Shown: positions 1-10,391, numbered from the stretch's first letter. The stretch is DNA of 45,880 nt from a virus (IMGVR_UViG_3300042246_000004:1-45880); one strand, 5' to 3'. A program made the numbers and translations. The notes: a model not told the origin generated them from the letters alone.

Positions 1-927
1 CCAGGGTATAACGAGCTGAACATTGGCGAGCCGTATGTTGGGCTGAAGGTTCGTGAGTTGATGGTTGGCCCGTTCTCAAGTAGTGGTGTTTTTGAGCCGA
101 GTCGCGCAAGGGTGTCACCGCACACGGTTTACGCTGTAATGGAGGCGCCAAGTCAAGCGAAGTCCAACCATCCTGCCTCGGAGCTGCACTACGTTAATGG
201 CTACAGACGAAAGCCTGGTGAGGTATTCGGCAGGGCAGTGCTGTCACTTCGACACCGCACATTGACCGTTCGGTATAGCTACAATCAGGCATCCTACGGC
301 AGACCCTATATTCAGCTTGGCACCAACTACATTCTGCCTGATGGGATCAATTCGCTGCGTAACGGCTTCCATGAAATCCCCGGTACCAGAGAGTTGGTGC
401 AATTCGATGCCGCAAACGCTTCGGTATATGGCAAGCCGAACATCTGGCACTACGTTCCGCCGGGGCCGAGAGAAGTGAAACCCAAGGCGCTGCTTGCAAC
501 CGGATTCAGCAAGTGCCTGATTGAGCATTTCCATCGCCAGATTTTCCCGCAAGGCCGTGACGCTGCATTGATGGGTACCCGCAAATGGGGAGATAGTCCG
601 TATATGTGGCAAGGGCTGCGCGTAGGACCACTGATGCCCACCATACCTGAAGGCATGGATCAGTCGGTCGTGCCCGAACCGTGGGTTTCCAGGCGCGTGC
701 GCGACATTGTGATGGAAGGGTTCAATGCCTTTATCAGTGAGTACCAGTTGGAGGCTTTCGATCAGCGCATGAGGGTACGCAACACCTACATGCCCGCACC
801 GAAAGAGCAGGAGGTTGATGCGACCGGTTTTGCAGTCGATCAGGCTGGCACGCCGGATATCAAGCGAGCCGTCCACTATATCCGACCGGACGGTAACGCC
901 CACCAGTACCGCAAAGGAGCATTCTAA
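1..927 (+). CDS. Virion structural protein (putative), 5'-truncated by window edge
   Basis: Frame is open from base 1 (PGYNELNIGEPYVGLKVRELMVGPF...) to TAA 925-927, which overlaps the next ATG (TAATG). Lies in the late + strand cluster. Confidence 0.7.
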   Translation, partial: PGYNELNIGEPYVGLKVRELMVGPFSSSGVFEPSRARVSPHTVYAVMEAPSQAKSNHPASELHYVNGYRRKPGEVFGRAVLSLRHRTLTVRYSYNQASYGRPYIQLGTNYILPDGINSLRNGFHEIPGTRELVQFDAANASVYGKPNIWHYVPPGPREVKPKALLATGFSKCLIEHFHRQIFPQGRDAALMGTRKWGDSPYMWQGLRVGPLMPTIPEGMDQSVVPEPWVSRRVRDIVMEGFNAFISEYQLEAFDQRMRVRNTYMPAPKEQEVDATGFAVDQAGTPDIKRAVHYIRPDGNAHQYRKGAF

Positions 928-2114
928 TGCCCGATATATCATTGATGCCAATTACCGGCATGAGCACCGAGATCGAAGATAAGCGACTCCACCAGCAGGG
1001 CGATGCCCGGCGCCATTATGTGCGTGATGCTGTCAACGTGGATATCAGCGCTTCCGGCGAGATCCTAATGCGTAAAGGTGTGATGCTGGTCACAGACACG
1101 CCGTACCGGAACCTGTGGCAAAGCCCGTTGCATGGCGACACCTTTGCAACTCTGGGGGATGAGTGGGTGCTGATCAATCCCGGTCAGTGGACGCATACCG
1201 TGCTGGCCGTTGTTGGCGAGGGTGACGCCTTCCATGCTGTGCTGAACAATCAGGTGGTGGTGGCTGCGCCTTCCGGCATCTTTGCCTTTGACGGGCAGCA
1301 GGCGCGGCGTCTGACGCTCGAAACACCAGCCGCCCCAATGGTGGGCGAGGGTAGCGGATCGCTGGCAGCAGGGCGCTACGGCGCCGCCGTGGCATGGCTG
1401 CGCGACGGGCAGGAGTCGGGCCTGTCTGAAATGACACAGATCACTCTGCCGGATAACGGCTCGCTTGAGATTACCATACCCCTTTGCCTTGATCTGTCCG
1501 TGACCGGATACCGGCTGTACCTGACCGATCCCGATGGCGGCGAGCTGCGCAAGGAACACGACTACCCGCTGGGGGTGACAACGGTTTCGATCACCGTTAT
1601 GCCGGATCTGGGAGGCGCGGCCGCCTTCCGTTACCTGTCCCCGATGCCGACCGGTAGCCACCTTCACTACTGGCGTGGCCGCCTGATCAATGCGCGTGCA
1701 AACATTCTCAGGTTCTCGGAACCGCTGGCGTACCACCTTCACGATGAGCGTCACGGCTTCATCATCATGCCGCAGAGAATCACCTTTGTGCAGCCAGTGA
1801 GCGGCGGTATCTGGGTAGGTCAGTCGGATCATGTTGCCTTCATCCAGGGTGCAACACCGGATCAGATGGCCGTTATGCGCAAAGCCTCACGTCCGCCGGT
1901 ACCTGGTAGCGCAATCCAGCTCTCAGCCAATACAGCAGGCGAGATGGGGATTGCCGGGGATGGTGCGGCGCTTTGGCTGGCTGGCAATGGGTATGTCGTG
2001 GGTACCGCATCTGGCGAACTGGTAGAGCTACAGCGTGGCGTTATGGATGGTATCGCCGGGAATGCTGGCACCTCTGTAGAGTTGGAGCGGCGCATTGTTA
2101 CAGCTGTATCGTGA
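927..2114 (+). CDS. Putative virion/tail-associated protein, 395 aa
   Basis: Long ORF with AAGGAG SD, coupled to the upstream stop; beta-rich composition. Function inferred from position only. Confidence 0.7.
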   Translation: MPDISLMPITGMSTEIEDKRLHQQGDARRHYVRDAVNVDISASGEILMRKGVMLVTDTPYRNLWQSPLHGDTFATLGDEWVLINPGQWTHTVLAVVGEGDAFHAVLNNQVVVAAPSGIFAFDGQQARRLTLETPAAPMVGEGSGSLAAGRYGAAVAWLRDGQESGLSEMTQITLPDNGSLEITIPLCLDLSVTGYRLYLTDPDGGELRKEHDYPLGVTTVSITVMPDLGGAAAFRYLSPMPTGSHLHYWRGRLINARANILRFSEPLAYHLHDERHGFIIMPQRITFVQPVSGGIWVGQSDHVAFIQGATPDQMAVMRKASRPPVPGSAIQLSANTAGEMGIAGDGAALWLAGNGYVVGTASGELVELQRGVMDGIAGNAGTSVELERRIVTAVS

Positions 2115-2149
2115 CGACTTATTCAGCTGAAAACAAACGGGGTACCCCA

Positions 2150-2725
2150 ATGACTTTGCGTAATGAACTGGCGAAAGCCTTGAAAGACGATGTGTACGAT
2201 ATGACCGAGGAAGGTCTGTACTTCCCCCGCCAGGGCGTGATCGCATCAGGCGAATACTTTGATCGCGTGAACGGCGGCGCTTGGGAGATCAACAGCAACC
2301 TGATCGTGGACGAGGGTCTTGCTCACATCCTGAACGTGGCGCTTGGCGCAGCAGCTAAGCCTGCCAGTTACCATATCGCCCTGTTCAGTGGCAGTGCGGC
2401 ACCGGCAGCCAACTGGACTGCAGCGAACTTTGCCACTGTTGCATCCGAAATTGTCAGCATGAGCGAAGGCTATACCAGCCCTACTCGCCCCGTATGGACG
2501 CCGACCGACACCAACGGCAACTCCATTGATAACATGGGCGCTGTCGCCAGCCTGACCATTGCCACTTCTTCGCAGCTGAACGTGACCGGCGCAGCCTTGC
2601 TCACCAACAGCTCAAGAGGCGGCACCACAGGCAAGCTGATCTCGGCCACCAAGTACACCGCTGCCCGAGTGTTTCAGAACGGTGATACCTATGATGTTGG
2701 CTACCGCCTCAGCCTGACGGTGTAA
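2150..2725 (+). CDS. Putative virion structural protein, 191 aa (MTLRNELAKAL...)
   Basis: ATG 2150 follows a 35-bp gap after the previous stop; the track's 1973 start overlaps the previous gene. Ala/Thr/Gly-rich, beta-type sequence typical of tail proteins. Confidence 0.7.
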   Translation: MTLRNELAKALKDDVYDMTEEGLYFPRQGVIASGEYFDRVNGGAWEINSNLIVDEGLAHILNVALGAAAKPASYHIALFSGSAAPAANWTAANFATVASEIVSMSEGYTSPTRPVWTPTDTNGNSIDNMGAVASLTIATSSQLNVTGAALLTNSSRGGTTGKLISATKYTAARVFQNGDTYDVGYRLSLTV

Positions 2726-2727
2726 CA

Positions 2728-5325
2728 ATGCACCAACCCCGCCCAAGAGGTGTATTGGCTCATGGCGCCGAGCCGACCGATGATGACAATGCCTTCATCG
2801 AGCTGACCGCCCGGCGCCTGACCAACCTGAAACACCTGTCAGGCGTAAGCAGTCTACGCATGGTTAAGGCGCTGCCTGATGGCGGCTACATGATCGCGCA
2901 GGATATGGGCGGGGTTTTCAAGTGCATTACTCACAAGCCAGGCCAGAGCGAGGAGCCGCCAGAAACCTTTGATGGTGTGGCTCAGGATTACATACCCATG
3001 CTTTTCTCAGGTGTTGTGAAGGATGCCATTCTTCAGCCGGAGCAGGGGCTTGGGATGCAGCTGACCGAGGAGACTCGGCGCAGGATTGCCAGGTACCCGG
3101 AAGAAGATCAGCAGGACGAGCAGGCGCAGGTTCCTGCAGACGTATCCCTGCAGCGATTCCGTATCAAGTACCACCAGCGATTTTTCGAGTTTGAGCCGAA
3201 GAACCCAGGAAGCCTGACCTACACCCAATACGTCCAACAACGGCCGACATGGTATTCCGGGGCGATGGCCGAAGTTATGCAGATTGTCGGCGGCTATGGA
3301 CGCCAGGATCTCGACAAGCTGCCGAACGACCCGATTGAGCAGGCACGGATGACGTTGCCTAAAGAGGTGCAGGACAGGATCGGCCTTGAGCTTGGCAACG
3401 TCAGGCTGCCAGGCTACACAGGGCGTCCGCCTGTTGATGGTCAATTTCGCTATGACTACAAATTCAACAACACGGACGCCGTTGTTTTTGATAGTGAGCA
3501 AAGCCCGTGGCTGGTGCGCGTATCGCCAAAAGGCGTCTATGCAATGCCGCTCCCCATTGTTCCAGCCTCTACCACTGACACTTTTCGTGAATTCATGGAG
3601 GAGAAAGGGGATAGCGAGATCCTGAAGATACTCGATCGCTTTGGTGGGATGCCGAGCGGCGAGTCATTCCCGGCCGGCACTGATGAATTTGAGGCATGGC
3701 GCAGAGCTGGCGTGATCATCAAGGTCTGCGATACCGCCGACTTTTATCAGCATATTGCCTACTCGACCGCGTGTGGCTGGTCATTCAACAGCACCGGCAG
3801 CCAGGGTTACAACACCTGCTATGACTACTACGACAGCGAGGGTTTAGGGTACGGACTGGCATACAAGCTGTCATTAAGGCTCGGGAGCAACCCGAACAAC
3901 GGCCGCCTGCCCCGAGACTGGCACATAGAGTCCGACCATGAAATGAATAGACTCAATATGTACCTGAGCGGTTTGTATCGCATGATGGAGGGCAACACGG
4001 CGAAAGACCTTGCGATCAAGTACAAACTCCGGCGCGTGAGTGTTGATGAATTGCTGGATCGTGCCAGATGGGAGGTTGACGAGGCCGAGCTTGAGTATTG
4101 GGACGCCAGGGAAATGTCGCCCATAGCCAGCCATTCAGGCAGCGTGGTAGAGATCGGCCGTGGCTACCTGTATCACCCGGCCAAGTTCATGTACCAGCCG
4201 CAGATCAAATACCCGGAGCCATTTATGGATGGCTGCGTATCGCACAACTTTCTGCCGCTGATAAATGGCCGCTACAAATCCAGTTACCCGAACTGCGACA
4301 CGATCATGTTCTGCTACTTCGCCGGTGATGACCTGAAAGTGGTGAAGTATTTTCGGGATGGCCGAAGCTATCAGCGTGACGTAGAAAACGATTATGAGGA
4401 GTGCATGACTGTTGGGTCATGGACGCAAACGGTATCCAACAGTTCAACATCTTTGATGGGCCATTTCTACACTTCGGATCTGGATGAGCGCAAGGCAATC
4501 ACGCCGTCCACAACCTTTACAAAGATTGTGGGCAAGGACAAGGGTTATGACCATACCCCGTGGTTCGCGTTTGATGCGGCGTTCTGGAAACCGGGGACAA
4601 TGTGGCGTAACCGCTACTTCACCCATGACACCCGCATCCAGCAATCGGAAGGGCGATCCCTTGAAGTTGCTGTCTGCGTCCCGTACCTCAATCGAAACTC
4701 GCTGATTCATGTTCAGCGAAGCAGCACAACCGAGGAGCGAATCACCGAGAGCAGTCAGCTTAAATCGGTGCGCGACCCCACCAGTTACCGCTACTGGACA
4801 TACGATTTTGTTATGCACTGGGCAGGTAGCCTGCCGGTGATGAGTGGCAAGCCGTACCCGAAAGACGGCAACCCGGTATGGGTGGAGATCGAGCAATACA
4901 ACCCCGGCGGGTGTTCTGATTTTGCTGACCAAGGGAGCTGGATACCAGGCCTACCTGCCGACTATACATGGCTAGTTCACCCTGACTCGAATGAGTGGAA
5001 GTTAAGTGGAGGCGGAGGCGCACCACCCCATAAGGACTATTCACGCACAACGAAACCCGATACAAAGCAGGCGTACCGCATGGATTACAGCCAGCAGACG
5101 TATCCGAAGCTGGTTCACAAGAACAAACCGGACAATATGTACTTTCTCGGCTCGCCTGATCCGTTTGTGGGTGTCTTCTACCGTGACGGCTGCAGTGTGA
5201 CCTTTGGCGATTCCGAGTATGCCAACCTGTCCGAGAAGGTAGATGGCAAGCGCAAACATTGGGGATACACCAGTCTGGCCGATCACAAATCTGCCCATCA
5301 TTTCATAGGGGTTATCAATGAGTAA
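2728..5325 (+). CDS. Large hypothetical late (virion) protein, 865 aa
   Basis: Uninterrupted ORF tightly packed between neighbours; aromatic-rich; no motif recognised. Confidence 0.7.
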   Translation: MHQPRPRGVLAHGAEPTDDDNAFIELTARRLTNLKHLSGVSSLRMVKALPDGGYMIAQDMGGVFKCITHKPGQSEEPPETFDGVAQDYIPMLFSGVVKDAILQPEQGLGMQLTEETRRRIARYPEEDQQDEQAQVPADVSLQRFRIKYHQRFFEFEPKNPGSLTYTQYVQQRPTWYSGAMAEVMQIVGGYGRQDLDKLPNDPIEQARMTLPKEVQDRIGLELGNVRLPGYTGRPPVDGQFRYDYKFNNTDAVVFDSEQSPWLVRVSPKGVYAMPLPIVPASTTDTFREFMEEKGDSEILKILDRFGGMPSGESFPAGTDEFEAWRRAGVIIKVCDTADFYQHIAYSTACGWSFNSTGSQGYNTCYDYYDSEGLGYGLAYKLSLRLGSNPNNGRLPRDWHIESDHEMNRLNMYLSGLYRMMEGNTAKDLAIKYKLRRVSVDELLDRARWEVDEAELEYWDAREMSPIASHSGSVVEIGRGYLYHPAKFMYQPQIKYPEPFMDGCVSHNFLPLINGRYKSSYPNCDTIMFCYFAGDDLKVVKYFRDGRSYQRDVENDYEECMTVGSWTQTVSNSSTSLMGHFYTSDLDERKAITPSTTFTKIVGKDKGYDHTPWFAFDAAFWKPGTMWRNRYFTHDTRIQQSEGRSLEVAVCVPYLNRNSLIHVQRSSTTEERITESSQLKSVRDPTSYRYWTYDFVMHWAGSLPVMSGKPYPKDGNPVWVEIEQYNPGGCSDFADQGSWIPGLPADYTWLVHPDSNEWKLSGGGGAPPHKDYSRTTKPDTKQAYRMDYSQQTYPKLVHKNKPDNMYFLGSPDPFVGVFYRDGCSVTFGDSEYANLSEKVDGKRKHWGYTSLADHKSAHHFIGVINE

Positions 5326-6475
5326 CTACCGCGATGACACCCAGGAGACAGCCGTTGCCAGCGATGGCACATGGATGGGGCTTCGCAGCATTGCAGAGAG
5401 CACAGCAAAGGCGACCGCTGTTGCCCTGTTCACGCTCGGCGTTATCCATACCGATCAGGCGACAATGGGTGACGAAGTATTCGATAGCGGTCTGGGCGTC
5501 ATAGCTGAGTTGGCCTTTATCGGTGATGAATTGATAGATCACAGGCAATCAGCCGCTTTGCTGTCCGATTCAGCCAGGGTGTCAGATCAGTACACCCACA
5601 GGCTTGTCGTGATTCACACGGATGCTGCGACTGCCGGTGACGCCTTGATCGAGCTTTCGGGGTCAGTGATTACCGATCAGGCCCGTATCACTGATGAGGT
5701 GCTTGGTCATCGTGCCAGCCAGTCAACAGTCACTGATCAGGCACGGATTGCAGATTACAGTTACCAGGCCGCTACCGATCTTGTGGAAGATACCGCAGGC
5801 GCATCTGGTCAGGCTTCAGGAACCCTGCAGGCGCTTGATGTTGTGGCAGACGCTGCAACTGTACTTGATGGTGTGGACGATACCAGCACGACAGTAACGG
5901 TAGCGGTAACAGAAACCGCATCTGTGAGCGATGGTGTTACAGACAGCCTGAGCGCCGCAGACGTGGTGAGAGAGTGGCTTCTGATTGGCGATCAGGTTCT
6001 GGGTGAAGGATCTGAAGCAGGGCAGGCATGGACTGCGTGTGTGGATGGCTGGGCAATGAGCCGGTACGCACCATACACGTTCACACGGCTGGTTGTGATT
6101 GATGGGGTTATGTACGGCGAGTCTGACGCAGGCGTGTTTGCGCTGTCAGGTGGTAGTGAGCAGATCGAGGCGAAGGTTGTCACTGGCCGCATTGATATGA
6201 GCGGAGGGCCGTTGACCCACCCCGTTGCCGCCTACCTTGAATACGAATTGGAAGGCGAGGCCGATATGAGTGTCACTACAACTCAGACGGGTATGCCAGC
6301 CACCTACACCTACCCTTTGCCGAATGAAGTTGCGGAACATCTGACCAACGGCAGAATCCAGTTTGGCAGGGGATTGAGGGGCAGGCATTTTTCTTTTGAG
6401 CTGCGGATGTTCGGGCAGCGTGGCTATATCAACGACCTTAGCGTTATGGCGCAACAGGTCAGGAGGAGAGTGTAA
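5318..6475 (+). CDS. Putative virion protein with ~20-aa internal repeats, 385 aa
   Basis: Overlaps upstream gene by 8 nt; about ten degenerate repeats of the type TDQARITDEV. Confidence 0.7.
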   Translation: MSNYRDDTQETAVASDGTWMGLRSIAESTAKATAVALFTLGVIHTDQATMGDEVFDSGLGVIAELAFIGDELIDHRQSAALLSDSARVSDQYTHRLVVIHTDAATAGDALIELSGSVITDQARITDEVLGHRASQSTVTDQARIADYSYQAATDLVEDTAGASGQASGTLQALDVVADAATVLDGVDDTSTTVTVAVTETASVSDGVTDSLSAADVVREWLLIGDQVLGEGSEAGQAWTACVDGWAMSRYAPYTFTRLVVIDGVMYGESDAGVFALSGGSEQIEAKVVTGRIDMSGGPLTHPVAAYLEYELEGEADMSVTTTQTGMPATYTYPLPNEVAEHLTNGRIQFGRGLRGRHFSFELRMFGQRGYINDLSVMAQQVRRRV

Positions 6476-8386
6476 ATGACCGCACCAAGCAGCCTTTATG
6501 AGGCGGACGGTATTCTTGGCACTGCTATCAGTACCGTAACGGACAAGCTGCAGGATCTCGACCTGATCGCGGAACGCTATAACGAGAAGTTATCGAAGGC
6601 TTTGGCTGATATCGGCAAAATCAGCGTGGATGCCGTGGAGCCGCCAAGGACGATGCCTGTGCCGGATACCCCTGTGCCAGGTATTGATCTTGGCGGGCTT
6701 CCTGAGCTTGACGTTCCGCCGCTTGTCGTGCCGGATGCGCCCGTCATGGCAGACATAGACAGCCTGATATCGGATCTGGATGTGGGTGATCTTGATGTGC
6801 CGCCTGCGCCCGAGGCGATACCGTTCAGCATCCCTCAGTCCCCGACAATGGCGAGCGTCCCGGTACCGCAGAAGCCGAATGTTGATACCAACGTGGAGAT
6901 ACCGGATGCGCCAAACCTGGTGATGCCGGAAATGGAGGCGATGGAGAAGCTGACCATTCCCACCTTTGAGTTTCCGCAGCTGCCGGACTTTGACGGCAAG
7001 CCGCCCACAACTGAAGGTATCACGGTACCTGATGCGTTTATCAACTGGTCCGAGCCTCAGTACAAGTCGGAAATGCTCGACACCTTGCAGAGCCAGGTAA
7101 AGAGCATGATGGCCGGAGGTACCGGTCTACCCGCCGCCGTCGAGGACGCCTTGTTCTCAAGAGCCAGGGAGCGTGACAGCGCCGAGGCCGAGCGTGCCGT
7201 ACAAGAAGCGATGGACGTATGGGCCAGCCGTGATTTCAGTATGCCCCCGGGGATGCTGGCAAAACAGATCGGTGTAATACGCGAACAAAGCCGCTTGAAA
7301 GCTGCCGAGCTGAATCGGGATATCCTGATTGAAGCGGCGAAGTGGGAGATTGAGAGCATCCGCTTTGCAGTACAGCAGGGTATGGCGCTTGAACAGTTGA
7401 CGATGAACCTGTTTGAGAACACAGCCAAGCGACTGTTTGAGGTTGCCCGCTTCCAGGCCGAAGCCAAGATCAACGTGTTCAATGCGCAGATCAGCCTGTT
7501 CAACGCGCAGAATTCAGCGTTTGAGACATTGGCGCAGGTGTACCGCACCAAGCTGGATGGAGCCATCGCCAAGCTGACAGCTTACAAGACGGCGATTGAG
7601 GGACAGGTTGCGCTGGGCCAGATCAACCAGCAGAGGGTTGATGTATTCCGGGCCAAGTTGGATGCCGTACAGTCAAACGTCGAGGTCTATAAGGCCATGA
7701 TGAGCGGCGCCCAGGTTCGTGCTGACGTAATCAAAAACCAGTTTGATGCCTATCGTACCGAGATCCAGGCGTTTGCTGAACAGATCGGTGCCGAGAAGGT
7801 GAAGTTTGACGCCTACGAATCCCAGGTTAAAGCCGAGTCGGCCAAAGTGGGCATGTATGAGGCGCAGGCACGCGCTTACGCCTCGACTGTCCAGGCGGTA
7901 TCCAATAAGGCTGATATCAAGGTCAAAGGCGCACAATTGAAGATGGAGGCCGCTCGAACCAAAGTGTCGAAATTCCTTGCGGACGTTGACGCATACAAGG
8001 CTCGATTGCAGGCAAGTCTTTCCGAGATTCAAACAGCAACATCTGCCTACTCAGCCAAAGTGGACGGCTGGAAGTCACTTGCCAGTGCAAATGTTGCAGA
8101 AGCAGAAATGCAATCACGCTTTGCGGATATGAACACCCGCACCAGTATCGCGTATGCAGAAATGCAGATCAGCGAATACCAGACCAAGATGCAGAAGGCA
8201 GTCGAGGAGGCGAAGATTGCGCTTGAGGCAGCCAAAGCTGTTGGTCAGTACACGGCGCAACTGGCAGCCGGTGCAATGTCGGCTGCGCATGTGTCGGCCA
8301 GCATTAGCGGTAGTGGATCATCCAACGTGAGCCGAAGCCGCAGCAACTCAGAAAGCCTGAGCACAAGCCACAACTACAACTACTGA
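6476..8386 (+). CDS. Putative virion protein: Pro-rich N-terminal half, coiled-coil C-terminal half, 636 aa
   Basis: AGGAGGAG SD; abuts the previous stop; P/D/V-rich segment followed by a long A/Q/K/E helical region. Confidence 0.7.
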   Translation: MTAPSSLYEADGILGTAISTVTDKLQDLDLIAERYNEKLSKALADIGKISVDAVEPPRTMPVPDTPVPGIDLGGLPELDVPPLVVPDAPVMADIDSLISDLDVGDLDVPPAPEAIPFSIPQSPTMASVPVPQKPNVDTNVEIPDAPNLVMPEMEAMEKLTIPTFEFPQLPDFDGKPPTTEGITVPDAFINWSEPQYKSEMLDTLQSQVKSMMAGGTGLPAAVEDALFSRARERDSAEAERAVQEAMDVWASRDFSMPPGMLAKQIGVIREQSRLKAAELNRDILIEAAKWEIESIRFAVQQGMALEQLTMNLFENTAKRLFEVARFQAEAKINVFNAQISLFNAQNSAFETLAQVYRTKLDGAIAKLTAYKTAIEGQVALGQINQQRVDVFRAKLDAVQSNVEVYKAMMSGAQVRADVIKNQFDAYRTEIQAFAEQIGAEKVKFDAYESQVKAESAKVGMYEAQARAYASTVQAVSNKADIKVKGAQLKMEAARTKVSKFLADVDAYKARLQASLSEIQTATSAYSAKVDGWKSLASANVAEAEMQSRFADMNTRTSIAYAEMQISEYQTKMQKAVEEAKIALEAAKAVGQYTAQLAAGAMSAAHVSASISGSGSSNVSRSRSNSESLSTSHNYNY

Positions 8387-8393
8387 TCCGCGC

Positions 8394-8459
8394 ACCCTGT
8401 AGGGTTGGCCCTGAATCAGTCTGGCTGGGACTATCCCATAACGACCAGACTGATTCAGG
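8394..8459. promoter_or_regulatory. Palindrome plus 15-bp perfect inverted repeat upstream of the ejection-protein genes
   Basis: ACCCT-GT-AGGGT at 8394-8405; CCTGAATCAGTCTGG (8410-8424) pairs with CCAGACTGATTCAGG (8445-8459); inner TGGGA-cta-TCCCA. Confidence 0.55.
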
Positions 8460-8468
8460 TACCCCTTC

Positions 8469-10391
8469 ATGGCACAATCCCCGGAAGAACTGGAGCGGCT
8501 GCGCAAAAGTGGCGCGGCAGGTTTCCAGGCTCAACAGCAGCCAGCACCCGCACCCAAGAAAAAGCCCAAGCCGTCCGAGGAAATGGCCGGTGTTGATGCT
8601 GCACCGCGCTGGAATCTTGAAGGCTTATCGAGCTTGAAGGCCAGTCGGCAGGTGATACCCAATGTCGATGCCAGCAAAGCGGTATCGCCTGAGCTTCAAG
8701 GTACCGAGAATCTGCCGCGCTGGTCACAGACCGGCGACCAAGGTCCGCGACTGAGCGATCAGTGGTTTGGGTACCCGAGTAGTAACCCAGTGAACCCCCA
8801 GCCTGCCCGGCAGCGTGAAGATCTGGATGCGCTTAATTCGCAGATTGATGCAATCAGCGCAGCGCCCGGAACGATGGTTGAGCGACCGCCCGTAGCGCCG
8901 CAGCCGACCTCAACCGGCATGACACCCGGCACGGCCCGGCAGATCGAGAACGGCAACGCAATGGCGGGTGAAGGCTTCAATAAGCCAGCGTCCGACCGTA
9001 TCCGTGAGGGTATGTCGCCAGGCTTCAAAGCATCGATCCCCGGTCAACTCGTTGGGGCAGTATTGGGAGACAATCCCATCCCCGGCACAGGCGGTCTGTA
9101 TCGGGCTGTCAATGAGCGAGGGCCGAAAATTGCGCAGAGCCTCGCGGATGGCGAGATCGCCAACGCTGCCGGTCAAATTGCTGGTCTGCCAGGTGACGCT
9201 TTCCGTTACGGGCTGTATGGCGCAATGGATACTGCAGGTCAGGTGGCCGGTACTGCTGTTGGGGGATTTGGCAACTTCATGGATGGTCTTGCGGGTAGGC
9301 AGTTGGCGCCCGGCGAAAAGAAAGACCCAGAGGTTCGCCCCCCGCTTAAACCTGAGCAGGCCGCAGCAGAAGCACCGGCCGCTGAAAAGGTGGAGGCAGA
9401 AACCCCGGCCACCGAGACGACCGAAACCGAAACCGAAACCCCGGCTGCCGATAAAACTGATACCGCCACAACCGCCGCTGAAGCAGCTACAGCGCCGCGA
9501 TCCAACGATATCACCATGACGATTAACGAGGATGGCATCAAGTCATTCTCAGGCCGCAACGTGGGCGCAGGCGCAACACTCAACGGCAAGCCGTTCTCAA
9601 GCAGCGTGAATGTTGTTCCATCCCAAGGTATGCGACAGCTAGCCGCCGCAGTGAATCCGCCAATGGCTCGGCAGCAACCCCAGCAGCAAGCACCCGCTCT
9701 CGGGTTTGCTTCCCGTCAAGCGCCGCAGCGCACGCCCAAAACCGAGTTTGAAAAGCAGGTAGAGCGCGAAATTTTCCGCCAGGCCACAACTGCAATGAGA
9801 GGTGCGCAGAACGGACAGTTAACCGCCAGCCAGCGTGGATCGCTGGATAAGCTGGCCGGTAACATGAGTGGCGAGCGAAGTGGTTTTGACCAGCAGGTAC
9901 TGCGCAACAATGGAATGCTGGATCAGACCGCCATGACGCAGGCCGGTCAAGACCGCCGTGACGCTGGCCGCTTGGCGCTGGATGCTTCGCGCCTTGCCGG
10001 TGATCAGTACGCCCAGGGCTTCCAGATTCGCCAGAACGAACGCCTTGAAAGGTTGCGTGAGGCATACATGGCCGCCGAAACGCCCGAGCAGCGCAGTGCC
10101 ATTGCCGAGCAGTTGAAGATCCTGAATGGCAGCAACGCTGACCGCAAGGTATCCGACAACTACGTGATGGTGGATCAGGTTTACACGAACGAGTACGGCC
10201 AGCCTGAAAAGGTCCGGGTAGCCATTGACCCGGCAAGCGGCCAGGTACTCGGAGGCGTCCAGCAATCACAGAAATGGCCTCAGCCAACCAAGGCCAATAT
10301 CGCCGCCCTGAAAAACGATCCCAAGAGCGCAGCCCAGTTTGACGCCATGTTTGGCCCCGGCGCAGCCGCCCGTTATGGAGTGAGTCTCTAA
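8469..10391 (+). CDS. Putative internal virion/DNA-ejection protein, 640 aa
   Basis: Low-complexity A/Q/P/G/E sequence with Gly-rich hydrophobic patches; stop overlaps the giant gene's ATG (TAATG), as is typical of ejection-protein genes. Confidence 0.65.
   Translation: MAQSPEELERLRKSGAAGFQAQQQPAPAPKKKPKPSEEMAGVDAAPRWNLEGLSSLKASRQVIPNVDASKAVSPELQGTENLPRWSQTGDQGPRLSDQWFGYPSSNPVNPQPARQREDLDALNSQIDAISAAPGTMVERPPVAPQPTSTGMTPGTARQIENGNAMAGEGFNKPASDRIREGMSPGFKASIPGQLVGAVLGDNPIPGTGGLYRAVNERGPKIAQSLADGEIANAAGQIAGLPGDAFRYGLYGAMDTAGQVAGTAVGGFGNFMDGLAGRQLAPGEKKDPEVRPPLKPEQAAAEAPAAEKVEAETPATETTETETETPAADKTDTATTAAEAATAPRSNDITMTINEDGIKSFSGRNVGAGATLNGKPFSSSVNVVPSQGMRQLAAAVNPPMARQQPQQQAPALGFASRQAPQRTPKTEFEKQVEREIFRQATTAMRGAQNGQLTASQRGSLDKLAGNMSGERSGFDQQVLRNNGMLDQTAMTQAGQDRRDAGRLALDASRLAGDQYAQGFQIRQNERLERLREAYMAAETPEQRSAIAEQLKILNGSNADRKVSDNYVMVDQVYTNEYGQPEKVRVAIDPASGQVLGGVQQSQKWPQPTKANIAALKNDPKSAAQFDAMFGPGAAARYGVSL

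Noticed and set aside
1-8386. Diversity-generating retroelement or invertible tail-fibre cassette
   Set aside because: No reverse transcriptase, invertase or template/variable repeat pair was seen in the window.
9414-9445. CCGAAA hexamer repeat as a phase-variation tract
   Set aside because: Only about three copies of an in-frame 6-mer encoding a TETETE linker; cannot shift frame.
8968-9519. 183-aa +1-frame ORF inside the 640-aa gene as another nested gene
   Set aside because: No clear SD; R/P/S-rich sequence expected from frame-shifting an A/E/T-rich gene.
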